Source: Lytechinus pictus (taxonomy: Eukaryota). Taken from it: DNA of 64,000 bases. The translations under genes and the position numbers were made by a program. Positions 25,386 through 36,906 of the stretch are shown here, one piece after another. Location of the stretch: NCBI RefSeq assembly GCF_037042905.1, contig NC_087250.1, positions 27,158,001 through 27,222,000 of the forward strand. The letters run 5' to 3'. The notes below the pieces were generated by a model. It did not search any database and was not told where the DNA came from. It saw nothing but the letters and a program-made list of their open reading frames with translations. Each line of letters begins with the position of its first letter. Position 1 is the stretch's first letter.

Positions 25386-27786
25386 TATCATCTTAATTAT
25401 TATTCAATAGATAAAACATGGTTGTATAAAAACTAAACAGCGCTTTATTATGGTTATCAAATATTTTTCTTGAATAAGAAATAGTAGTTAGATCTTGAAT
25501 ATTCATTATTTAATTCCGAACGAGAGTTACACATATAAATCAAACATAAATGATTACCCAAAGAACCGAAAGAGTTCATGATGCACGGTTTATACGCAAA
25601 TGAATATCCTAAGAATCTATAGAAATAAGGATAGGGGTTGGAGGGGAAAGTTACACCCCTCGGTTTTCTAGAATTTTGACATGCAAGAATGCTTACTAGT
25701 GTATGTTTTGTGCGCTAGACAAAAAGATAAGATTATTATTAGCGAAACGTCATAAATTACCTTCTTTGTGATTTTTAAATGAATTTATTAGGAATTCACC
25801 CCGAACGAAAATAAAATCTTAACACAGTTCGCCAGTATAGTTATGTTCATAATATTCCATCGCGTGTCAACAAGCACTCTTCTATTACGTTGATAATATT
25901 TTACTGCGTGTCAACAGACACGATACCATTGTGTCGATAATAATGTACCGGCATCCACTGGAACGTGAAAAAAGCGAAACAATAATAAAAGAGAACAAAA
26001 TCGATTTGGTGGGCGTTTTATAAAGCAGTTCGAGGTACGAATTTCGTAAAGGTACGAATGAATTTACGCATGACTGGTACATATGTTCTTAGGTGATAAA
26101 GTCAGCTACATATTGGCATCCGTCAACCAAAGAAAGGGTCACCAGTAGTATTACGTCATTCGTCATAACTCATGGGCAGCTTTATGAAAAACCCAGCAGA
26201 GAGATTTTCACATTGACTGCTAACAAAAGATTGCCAAAACCTTTGACCTTTATTATTGAAAGCAACTCGGTTTCAAGTATGTACGTTTACATGTATGGTT
26301 TGAGGGTATGACGAAATGATTGTTTACGCGAAAAGAAGGCGATAATATTTTAACATCCGTTAATGAGAGCCGCTATAGAAAAGTATATCACGGCAATCAT
26401 AAACGATAGTAGAAATAAACAAGTGACACTGATTATGCACTTTGAACACTCCACAAGTTATTTTGTGTTTTTTTAATATTAATTTTACTAATATTATTAT
26501 CATGTATCTATATACACTGAGAAAATGTAAATTTCCACATGTTTCTCAAATGTATGACAGAAGTGAAATAGAGCAGAGGGGATTGGATATGACAGATAAT
26601 GGTATTTTATTTATTACAAAACTACACGACTAAGACCAGACTTTCTTTAAATCTTATTTAGCCGAGTCCGTTAGGTATTAATAATTTTCAAGCAAACCAT
26701 TACTCTTGTATTTGTGCTATTAAATGGATTTGATTTTTCGCTTGCATATGGTCTTAGTAATCATTTTGGAAGAGAAGACACCTGTAAAAAGTGATAGGAA
26801 CTTAATGTTGGATTCTCGACCAAACTTGTACAGTGTTTTACTTACTTAATAAATCTTATTTTATAAGGTAGTTTTCATTCTGAAACTTCTCTTACTACAT
26901 TCAAGATGAAACTTCGGACCACATTAGCTCAACACTTATTATAATTCCCCCCTTACTGCATGCTACCCCCCCCCCCCCCACACACACCATCCCCTTGTTT
27001 TTTTTTTGTTTTTTTTAGAATTTGTTTTTTAATAAGTTGTGTTTTGTAGTCGTAAGTTGTTTTGTATAGCATGGATTGATGTTTTCTTTATATAATTATG
27101 TATTTATTTGTATATTGTATGTTTGTATTTTTAAACGTGTGTACTGGACCCCTCAGAAGAACAGACTGTGGCTGAAGAGGGTCATCCAGCCCACGAGTGG
27201 AAAATAAATAGATAAATAAATAAATAAAAATTTACATTTTATGTTGTACCGCATGAAAAATGTTGTAAAATGTTGTAAAATGCAGCATGAAAAAGCTAGC
27301 CGCTATGTTGTATTAGGATTCCAACCTTTGACACAATAAACACCATCACGGAGCGACTAATACAGATTTCAACAATTTTTTTAATACTCATTATTAAGAA
27401 TCAACAACCATTACTTTACATATATTAAGAAGCCTACACTAATTTCTACAGCCTCTACTATTTAGTCAGGTTCCCAACGTTTGTTATACACTCTAGTGTA
27501 CCCTATAATAAATACTTAATTTGATCTTAGAATGCTGTGTTTAAGAACATATTTCTGATATAACCATTGACCATATCTCATTTATTGTAAAAGTGTAACA
27601 AATAAATTCTGATTCAATTCAATACATCCTGTATTATTTCTTCCGTTTCAGTTATTACTAAACCCACCATTACTGTATGTCATTGCTATACTGTAAGCCA
27701 CATTAAACTTGTAGTTGTGTAAAATTGGATCGTAATGATATCTAACATTGGGTATTTTATTTGATTTGTGCACTGACCCAAGATGT

Positions 27787-27797
27787 GGAAAATCCCC
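27787..27797 (-). promoter_or_regulatory. Candidate NF-kappaB site
   Basis: GGAAAATCCCC is GGGGATTTTCC on the minus strand, matching GGGRNWYYCC. It lies ~55 bp upstream of an Inr-like TCATTC (27851) and a strong CG|GTGAGT donor (27909). Confidence 0.35.
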
Positions 27798-27852
27798 AAT
27801 ATGTTTTAAACCACATTGCAGGTCTACTCAGTTGCACACTAAACTCGTATTC

Positions 27853-27908
27853 ATTCAAACAGTGTGCAGAGATTGTTTATAGCTGAAAGAGTATACTTGA
27901 ACTTATCG
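27853..27908 (+). other. Candidate non-coding first exon
   Basis: Inr-like TCATTC, ATG-free 56 nt, consensus donor GTGAGT. Confidence 0.3.
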
Positions 27909-27934
27909 GTGAGTATGTAGCTTTGGAAATATGG

Positions 27935-30193
27935 TGTTGGGTTGAAACTTCAGGATACTATACCTAGGTGTCAGAAAAGCTTTCTTGATTTTTTGCATGA
28001 ACCGTATAGCGGCACACTTTTTTTGACACCGACAAATGAAACAGAAGTTATAAATCTTCTGAATTCGCTTAAAAATAATAAGAGCCCCGGTTTTGATGGC
28101 GTTAAAAATGAGTTAATTAAATATGTCATACATGAAATTGTAAAACCGCTTGTTCATATTTTCAATTTATCTTTCTCTTTTGGTACTGTACCAGAACGAA
28201 TGAAAATTGCGAAAGTTGTGCCAATCTTTAAAAAGGGTGATACTCAAACTTTAAATAATTATAGACCTATCTCGTTGCTGACATCTTTTTCGAAAATCTT
28301 AGAAAAATGATATATAAAAGGACAGTAACATTTTTAAACAAGACTAAAATATTTTCGAAATTCCAGTTTGGCTTTCGTGAAAAGCACACCACTACACATG
28401 CTAGTTTACATTTTGTAGATAAAATAGCTCAAGCATTAGATGACCACCATCATACAAAAGGTATATTTTTGGATTTCTCGAAAGCTTTTGATACTGTTGA
28501 CCATGAAATACTTATCAGAAAGCTGTCTCATTATGGAGTCAGGGGCAGCTGGTTCAAAAGCTACTTGACTGATAGGAAGCAGTATGTATCATTGAATGGA
28601 ATTGACTCAAGACATCAAGCTGTATCATGTTTAGTCCCTCAATGGTCCCTTCTGGGTCCCCTACTTTTTATATAATATATCAATGATTTTTCCTATTCAT
28701 CTGAGGTTTTGTCATTCACTTTTTTGCGGATGATTCGAGTGTATTTTTTGAGGTTTTGCTAGAAAGAGTTAATAAAGAGTTGAAAAATGTCATTTTGTGG
28801 ATACATGCAAACAAGTTGTCTTTGAATCTTCAAAAGACAAATTATATGCTTTTTAGTAATACCCTAAAACACTTACCTGGGCATTTACTTTTTGATAACA
28901 CTAACATTATCATAGTAACTTCCACCAAGTTTCTTGGTTTACACATCGATGAGAATTTAAGTTGGAAATATCACTGTAATAATATTTGTAAAGTTTTGTC
29001 TACAAATACTGGTGTAATCTACAAGTTAAAACATTTTGTCCCAAAAGAAATTTTGCTTATTTTGTATTCAACTCTAATTTTGCCTTATCTTCATTACGAA
29101 GTTTTGGTATGGGGAAAGTCTCTAAAAACCCAACGAGAAAATATACTTGTCACTCAAAAAAGGGCGATAAGAATTGTTTTCAATGCAGATTACCGTGCAC
29201 ACACTAATATTTTGTTCTACAATAATAAACTATTAGAGGTAGAAGATATCTATCTTCTACAGTTAGGTTAACTCATGTATGATCATGAAAGTGGTAGACT
29301 CCCGAATGCATTTGTGCAAATGTTTAGAAAGAATAATCAAGTTCACAGTTATAATACTAGACAGGCACTACATATGCCACGGGTAAGAACCGCCTTTCTC
29401 TAAAACACTCGCTTATACTGGTCCTAAGTATTGGAATTCACTTCTTATTGATGTAACTTGTTCTGTCAGTGTCTCTGTTTTCAAACGCAAACTGAAATTG
29501 CTTTTACTGAGTAATTATGTTGATAATATTTAATGTAAATACGATGCCATGTGACCTGTTTAAGTTTTATTACTATTTTCTTAGCTCATTTGTCTATCCC
29601 CTCTTTTTCCAGGCTGTCCCTTCAATATTCAAATCAACTTTCCTCTTGTGACTATGTTTGTTTTCCCTTTCTCTATCTCACTCCTTTTCTTTCTATCTTC
29701 CTAGCCCCTACCTGGAACTAGGCAAGGGAACTCTTCTAAGCCTATCACTTTTCTTGTTCCTTTGTTTTGTTTTGTGTCCACTTTTCTCTCCATCCTTCAT
29801 CCCCCTGCTTACCTTTTCCCTTTGTAGATATCAGAATCTCCTTTGTAAATATTCCCTCACCCTCACCTGATTTTATGCAGTTTTGTTTTGTTTTTTCTGG
29901 GTAAATTTTACCTCTTATCTCTTTTAAACTATATAGTTAAAATTTCATACCATGTATTCTCTTTTGGGGGACCTTGCTTTGACAAGCTCAGCTTCTTGAA
30001 GGTCTCCTCCTCTTTCATAACATACATGTATATATACTTTTTCTTGTTAACATGATCTCATCTTTGTATATTTTAAGTATGCGTGACAATGAAAGTACTG
30101 AAGATGTAAAAAAGCATCTTTTTATGATGTTGTTAACTAATGTTATGTGAAAATGTTGTGAAAGAAGAAATAAATGAACCATGAACCATGAAA
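27935..30193 (+). mobile_element. 5'-truncated, decayed CR1/L2-group (Crack-like) LINE
   Basis: RT fragments in shifted frames (KSPGFDG, NYRPISLL, QFGFR, DFSKAFDT, VPQWSLLGP, FADD), a long 3' UTR, and AATAAA plus a (TGAACCA)n tail at ~30168-30193. Confidence 0.88.
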
Positions 30194-30856
30194 TATATTG
30201 TTTGTGAAAATAGTAAAGAACATGACTGATTACTTACATTAAATACATTTGATCTGCTTTACTATACTTTGGCTATTGTTTTGGACATGACTGTGCTTAA
30301 AAACAAATGCCCTACCGAGTCTTTCTGATAAAATCCCTTTTAATGACGTCATCCCTACAACACATGTAGCTCGTCTAATTTCCTATTAGCACTGACAAGG
30401 ACAATGGTTGCATAAAAGCAAAGATCCCATTCTTGGGGGATATTTTTTTTACTGATAATGAATGAAATCTCGTATCACACTGTACTTTTTTTCCTTAAAC
30501 TTAGCCCGTTTCGTTTTCACACTACGTTTTAGCAAAGTGGGGCTGGCACGGTAGATAATACGGTACTATCTGGCCCTGCCCCAAAATCAGGGTAAGCCGG
30601 TGCTAATTGCTGTGCTAAGAGATGCAGTGTGAAACGAAAGTGGGCTAAGGAGGAAGAGTGGGGCTAAGCATTAACCGATCACAAAAGTCGAAATTGCACG
30701 TTAATCGCGTTCTGTATGGTAAAATCATCAATATTCATGAGCTGTGTGCTAGTTCGGGGTGATAACCCTCGCTAAGCAAATAGTATGAGGTTAAGAAAGA
30801 CAGTGTAAATAAAAAAAATATTATAAGATTAAGGATAGTACGGGGTTAAAGAAAGG

Positions 30857-31180
30857 GGTTACACCTCGTAATTTCGAAGGTTCGTAATTCCGAAACACGT
30901 AAATTGCCTATACCTCGATGTTCGTTAATCCGAAAACGTAAAAGGGTTCGTTAATCCGAACATTTGTAGCGTTATTCTGAAGGTTCGTTAACCATTTCGT
31001 TTTCGGACTAACGAACCTTCGGAATTACGAACCTCATTTCGTTTTCGGATTAACGAACCTTCGGAATTACGAATCTCACTTCGTTTTCGGACTAACGAAC
31101 CTTCGGAATTACGAACCTCATTTTGTTTACGGACTAACGAACCTTCGGAAATACGAACCTTCGGAATTACGAATGTATGC
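30857..31180. mobile_element. Fold-back MITE with internal ~41-bp tandem repeats and 6-bp TSD
   Basis: Inverted arms built of ttcgtaattccgaagg / ccttcggaattacgaa, GAAAGG on both sides. Confidence 0.7.
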
Positions 31181-31526
31181 GAAAGGAAAGTATGGGGTTA
31201 AAGAAAATGCAGTGTGAAAAAATATAGGTAGCAGTGTTTTTGTTCTCATAAATCAAAATAATCTAATCATTGTAAAATGAAATATATCACAAGGCATGTC
31301 ATTTATTGGAATTCATAGCAAAATTGAAGAAAATATGAATTTGAACTCCGTAGATTGATCTAGTTTTGTGAAAATCAAGTAAAAGAAAACATAACTAGGA
31401 GACTTGCCAGGAAAGATTAAGTTTAGGAGATCAAAAAATGGGGATAAAAGAGAAAGAGATTAAAGAGGAGGGAAATAGCTAGATAAGAAAGAAGCAGAAA
31501 ATAGAGAGTGTGCGGGGAGGTAGATA

Positions 31527-33032
31527 CACTGTAAAAAATGAAATTCTAATTTAACACTTACGGTGCTTGTATAGTGACTGCACTACGGGTGCTGAATAGC
31601 ACTTCGAGATAGCAAGCATGAGTGGAAAGAAGCAGAAAATAGAGAGTGTGCGGTGGGGGGGGGGGTAGATACCCAAATTTACTTTTGCAAGTTCTGCGGT
31701 GATTTTCTTGCTAACCCAATACACCGAAAACGAACTGGCCTCCCTCCCATTGTGTGGCAGGCTACTAGCTAGGCATGTACAGTAGGATCGGAGCAGATTC
31801 TCTCCACCAAACATGCCAAAATAATCACAAAATCGGCGGGAAATTTGTATGACTATATAATAGGTTCTCAGATTACTGATTTGGAGATGTAATCTCGGAG
31901 GAACAAGTTATTGAGTTTTCATAACTAGATCTAGTTGTTTCAGCTTTCGTTTTGAGTCTTGTTGTGTATGATGCCGCGATGTTTCATCAAAATTTTAAGT
32001 AAAAAAAAAATCAGTTTGGAATTCTATTCATTTCTAGAACATATTGTTTTAAGTTTTTAATAGTTTAAAAATGTATTTGAAAAACACTAAATAAAAATTG
32101 TCATTATGATTTTTGTTAGATGATTGGATTTTTTTTGCTTCTATCCTTCCTGCTTGCCCGTTTTTGTTCCATCTATCTTTATTTCCTATTTGTCTTTCCT
32201 GATCCTTTCTCTCTCTGTTTGTTCATTTTTCTTTCTTTCCTATTTTTTCTTACCCGTTTTCTTTATCAAAGTTCCCTTTTTTATAAGTTCTTTCTTTCTT
32301 AAAACTTTTATTCTCGCCCCTCACTTCCTCTCCTTTTTCTTTTAATTCTTTCTCTTCTTCCATTATGTTTTCATTCCCTCCTCACTTCATTCTTCCTCCC
32401 ACTCTTTCCTCCTTTCTTTCATTCTTCATTTTACTTTTACTTCTAATTCTTTCTCTCCCTCCCTCCCTTAATTTCTTCCTTCCTTTCCTCCTCCCTTACT
32501 GCTTTCTTTCTTTGCTTTTTTCTTTCAAAGAATGAAACATTCCTTCATTCTTTCTTTCCTCCTCCTTTTTCTTACTTTTTTTTCTTTCTCTCCTTTATTT
32601 TGTCTTTCACACATGTATTCTTCTTCCATTCCTAAAGGGAATCTTTCTTTCTTTCTGTATTCAATTCAAAGAATGACGGAAACATTTTTCTCTCTTTTAT
32701 TCTTTCTTTCACCCTTTTATTCTAATTTTTTCCTTCATTTTCCCCTTAATTTTTTTCTTTCTTTCTTCTCAATTCATCTCTTTTCTTTCGTCTTTTCTTC
32801 CTCTCCTTCATTCTTTCGTTCACCCTCTCTTCCAATTCTTTATAATTTTTCACAAGTGTAACACTGTGTTCTTTGTTGATCTTTATTGTCGATTGTCCCG
32901 TATTTCATTTTGTGAAATGTGGTCACCCTGGCTGAATTTTTAGTTAACATTTAAGCTATAAAATTAGCACTCGTAGTGCAGTCACTCTACAAGCACTGTA
33001 AGTGCTAAATTAGCACTTCACTTTTTAAAGTG
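31527..33032. mobile_element. CACT…AGTG (EnSpm/CACTA-like) non-autonomous element, TA flanks
   Basis: ~70-bp imperfect TIR (cactgtaaaaa…gtgcttgtatagtgactgcactacg / cgtagtgcagtcactctacaagcac…tttttaaagtg), pyrimidine-rich interior. Confidence 0.7.
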
Positions 33033-35487
33033 TAGATCCCAACGCCCCTTTGCTTTGTGCATAACCAGGGAATGCCAGCACGATTATAAGCTCGTTGGAC
33101 GGCATGAAATTATGTCATTTCTCTACAAAGGTCAATATTGGGGAAACCCATTTATTATGCTTATCCATTCTACATCAAAAGATGGCGCTCTTCCAAGCTT
33201 TGATTACACTCACATTAAAGCACTTGATGAAGATGTGGTTCCGGACATTAAATCATTTGAAATCAGAAACCATGGAAAGTCTACATTACCTTCATTTAAT
33301 AACTTCAATAAGCTATACACCGAATCCATCTAAACAAAACACTAAACTCACATTATATTTGGATTCAAGATATAATACTAAAATTGAGCATCCTTGCATA
33401 GAACAAACATGAATTCGGATGGTTATTTTTTAAAAAAAGACATATCTGCCATATACATGCTACTAACTATCACGTGCATAATGTGTCAAAACATTGTAAA
33501 AGAAGATCAAATGAAATATTTCCAAAAATAATTTCGTCTATCACTATTTTTCAATCGATCATGGCGATTGTGACCCTGTGTAAAGCACTTCATTTCCATT
33601 ATTTCATTATGAAAATTGGGAAGATGGACATCATTTCTACTCTGCACTTTGAATGATGAAAGTATTTTAGTTAGCTATAGACTTTTTTCATATTTCTATA
33701 TAAGCAGTATTTACCCTGTATCAATAAATGTAATCGTAGATGGTTGTTATATGTTTTTTATAATGCGGTATATAAGTCTTGCAATGATGTGAAACCTCTC
33801 TGTATAAAGTTTAATGCGATATATATATATTGATCGCCTGATTTGCTAGGATACCCTGTATTGCTTTAAATAATAATTGATTTATGATTACTTAACAGCT
33901 CTAATGTACATTATGTTACATATTTAATGTACATTATGTCAAATTTTTAACGTACATTATATTACATCTTTAATGTATATTAATTTACATCTTTAATGTA
34001 CATTATGTTACATCTTTAATGTACATTAATTTACATCTTTAATGTACATTATGTCAAATTTTTAATGTACATTATATTACATCTTTAATGTACATTAATT
34101 TACATCTTTAATGTACATTATGTTACATCTTTAATGTACATTAATTTACATCTTTAATGTACATTATGTCAAATTTTTAATGTACATTAATTTACATTTT
34201 TAATGTACATTATGTTACATCTTTAATGTACATTATGTCACATTTTTAATGTACATTATATTACATCTTTAATGTACATTAATTTACATCTTTAATGTAC
34301 ATTATGTTACATATTTAATGTACATTAATTTACATCTTTAATGTACATTATGTTACATCTTTAATGTACATTATGTCAAGTTGTTAATGTACATTATATT
34401 ACATCTTTAATGTACATTACTTTACATCTTTAATGTACATTATGTTACATCTTTAATGTACATTAATTTACATCTTTAATGTACATTATGTCAAATTTTT
34501 AATGTACATTATATTACATCTTTAATGTACATTAATTTACATCTTTAATATACATTATGTTACATCTTTAATGTACATTATGTCAAATTGTTAATGTACA
34601 TTATATTACATCTTTAATGTACATTAATTTACATCTTTAATGTACATTAATTTACATCTTTAATGTACATTATGTTACATATTTAATGTACATTATGTTA
34701 CTTCTTGAAGGTACATTAATTTACATCTTTAATGTACATTATGTCAAATTTTTAATGTACATTATATTACATCTTTAATGTACATTAATTTACATCTTTA
34801 ATGTACATTATGTTACATCTTTAATGTACATTAATTTACATCTTTAATGTACATTATGTCAAATTTTTAATGTACATTAATTTACATCTTTAATGTACAT
34901 TATGTTACATCTTTAATGTACATTATGTCAAATTTTTAATGTACATTATATTACATCTTTAATGTACATTAATTTACATCTTTAATGTACATTATGTTAC
35001 ATATTTAATGTACATTAATCTACATCTTTAATGTACATTATGTTACATCTTTAATGTACATTATGTCAAATTGTTAATGTACATTATATTACATCTTTAA
35101 TGTACATTACTTTACATCTTTAATGTACATTATGTTACATCTTTAATGTACATTAATTTACATCTTTAATGTACATTATGTCAAATTTTTAATGTACATT
35201 ATATTACATCTTTAATGTACATTAATTTACATCTTTAATATACATTATGTTACATCTTTAATGTACATTATGTCAAATTGTTAATGTACATTATATTACA
35301 TCTTTAATGTACATTAATTTACATCTTTAATGTACATTATGTTACATATTTAATGTACATTATGTTACTTCTTGAAGGTACATTAATTTACATCTTTAAT
35401 GTACATTATGTCACATATTTAATGTACAATATGTTACATCTTTAATGTACATCAATTTACATTTTTAAAGTACATTAATTTACATAT

Positions 35488-35890
35488 TCAAAGGTAAATG
35501 CTAGTTTTGGTAACGATATCAAAATGAGTTCGTACAGAATCAAATAAAATGACCACCAAAGTGTCTGTTTGTATAAATAAAACGTATGTGCCAAAGGATT
35601 CTGGAAGAAATTGTGTTATTGCTGAGAAATCAGCAAATAAGCACAGGATTTGGGTAGAGCGTCGGGCCCGACATTCAAAGCAATAACTATACACTGTCCC
35701 ACGTGCGCTTATCTGTGTTGGGAATCTTCAGTCTGAATATTTTTCAGCGTAGATTTCAAGATTTCACAAAGTTCAGTTTATGTAACTGTACCAGATCTAG
35801 ATCTTTGATGATATACTGACAATTAAGCCTTGTTTTACAGACTTTCTCATGAAATCAGTGTTTACTGCAAATACTGGAATTTCTCTTTAA
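35488..35890. mobile_element. Kolobok-type non-autonomous element inside the minisatellite
   Basis: tcaa|aggtaaatgctagt … actggaatttctct|ttaa imperfect TIR, satellite units on both sides. Confidence 0.6.
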
Positions 35891-36007
35891 TGTGCATCAA
35901 TCTGCATGTTTAATGTACATCAATTTACAGAATTAATGAACATTATTTACATCTTCAATGTACATTAATTTACATCTTTAATGTAAATCAATTTACATAT
36001 TCGTGTG

Positions 36008-36367
36008 GAGGAGCCGTGGTGTAGTGGTTCTGACTCTCGCCTTGTAAACAGAGTGTTCGAATCCCACCGCGGTCTAGCGTCCTTTGGCAAGGAGTTAATC
36101 CACAATTTGCCACTCTCGACCCAGGTGCTAAATGGGTACCCGGTAGGATGTGAAAGTCATTGTAGCTTGTCCAGTACTGTGTGCGCCTCACAGGCGACTG
36201 ACTGGGATACTCCCCAGGGATTGGAGGATGTGCACACATTTTTTGCGGAAATGACTGATTGAATCCGACGACCGGGGTAATAATATATATGTAAAGCGCT
36301 TAGACACGTCGTTCCGATGGATTAAGCGCTTTATAAAAGCGGTTATTATTATTATCATTATTATTAT
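36008..36367 (+). mobile_element. tRNA-derived SINE
   Basis: A box TGGTGTAGTGG, B box GTTCGAATCCC, core ctcgacccaggtgctaaatgggtacc, (TTA)n tail. Confidence 0.8.
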
Positions 36368-36906
36368 ATTCAATGCATATCAATATACACTTTTAAGACA
36401 CATCAGTTAAGATCTTTAATGCACATCATTTACATACTGCATCAATTTACATTTTTAATTTACATCAAATTACATCTTTAATGTACACCAATTTTCATTT
36501 TTTTATTTACATCAAATTACATCATTAATGTACATCAATTTACATATTGGATGAACATTATTTTACATCTTTAGTGTACATCATTTCTAACTAGATTGCC
36601 TACCTTATTTATTTCACCATCTCCTTTCATTTTCCATTAGTCATCACTAAACATCCCTAAACTAAGGTGTTTTAACTAGAACATTTGAATTTATGAGTCA
36701 ATAATAAACTTCGTTCTATTGACCTTGCAAAATATGTATGCCCGGGGGGGGGGGGGGCACTCGACCAAACAAGTAGTAGGGGTGTGCCGCGGGCGAGACA
36801 AAAAACGGGGGCCTTGGAGCGGGCTTATTATAAAAAAGGAGGGTCCTCGGAACGGGCTTCGGAACGACAAATGTTTGGAACGGGCCTGCGTGCATGATGC
36901 AGCTAG

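Larger units (their letters stand above)
33901..36585. repeat. 23-bp minisatellite (TTTAATGTACATTATGTTACATC and variants), ~69 units to 35487 then degenerate units
   Basis: Direct inspection. Every typical unit holds the palindrome TAATGTACATTA. The array is interrupted by a TTAA-type element and a SINE. Confidence 0.95.

Noticed and set aside
25966..25980. IRF-like site GAAAAAAGCGAAAC
   Set aside because: Isolated short motif with no supporting context.
32120..32861. Phe/Leu/Ser-rich ORFs resembling membrane proteins (also 15.6 kb, 57.8 kb, 62.4 kb)
   Set aside because: Translations of pyrimidine-rich or purine-rich low-complexity DNA.
33901..35487. CRISPR-like array
   Set aside because: Units are contiguous 23-mers with no unique spacers, there are no cas genes, and the context is eukaryotic.
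36008..36080. tRNA gene
   Set aside because: A and B boxes are present but there is no complete cloverleaf, and it continues into SINE core and tail.
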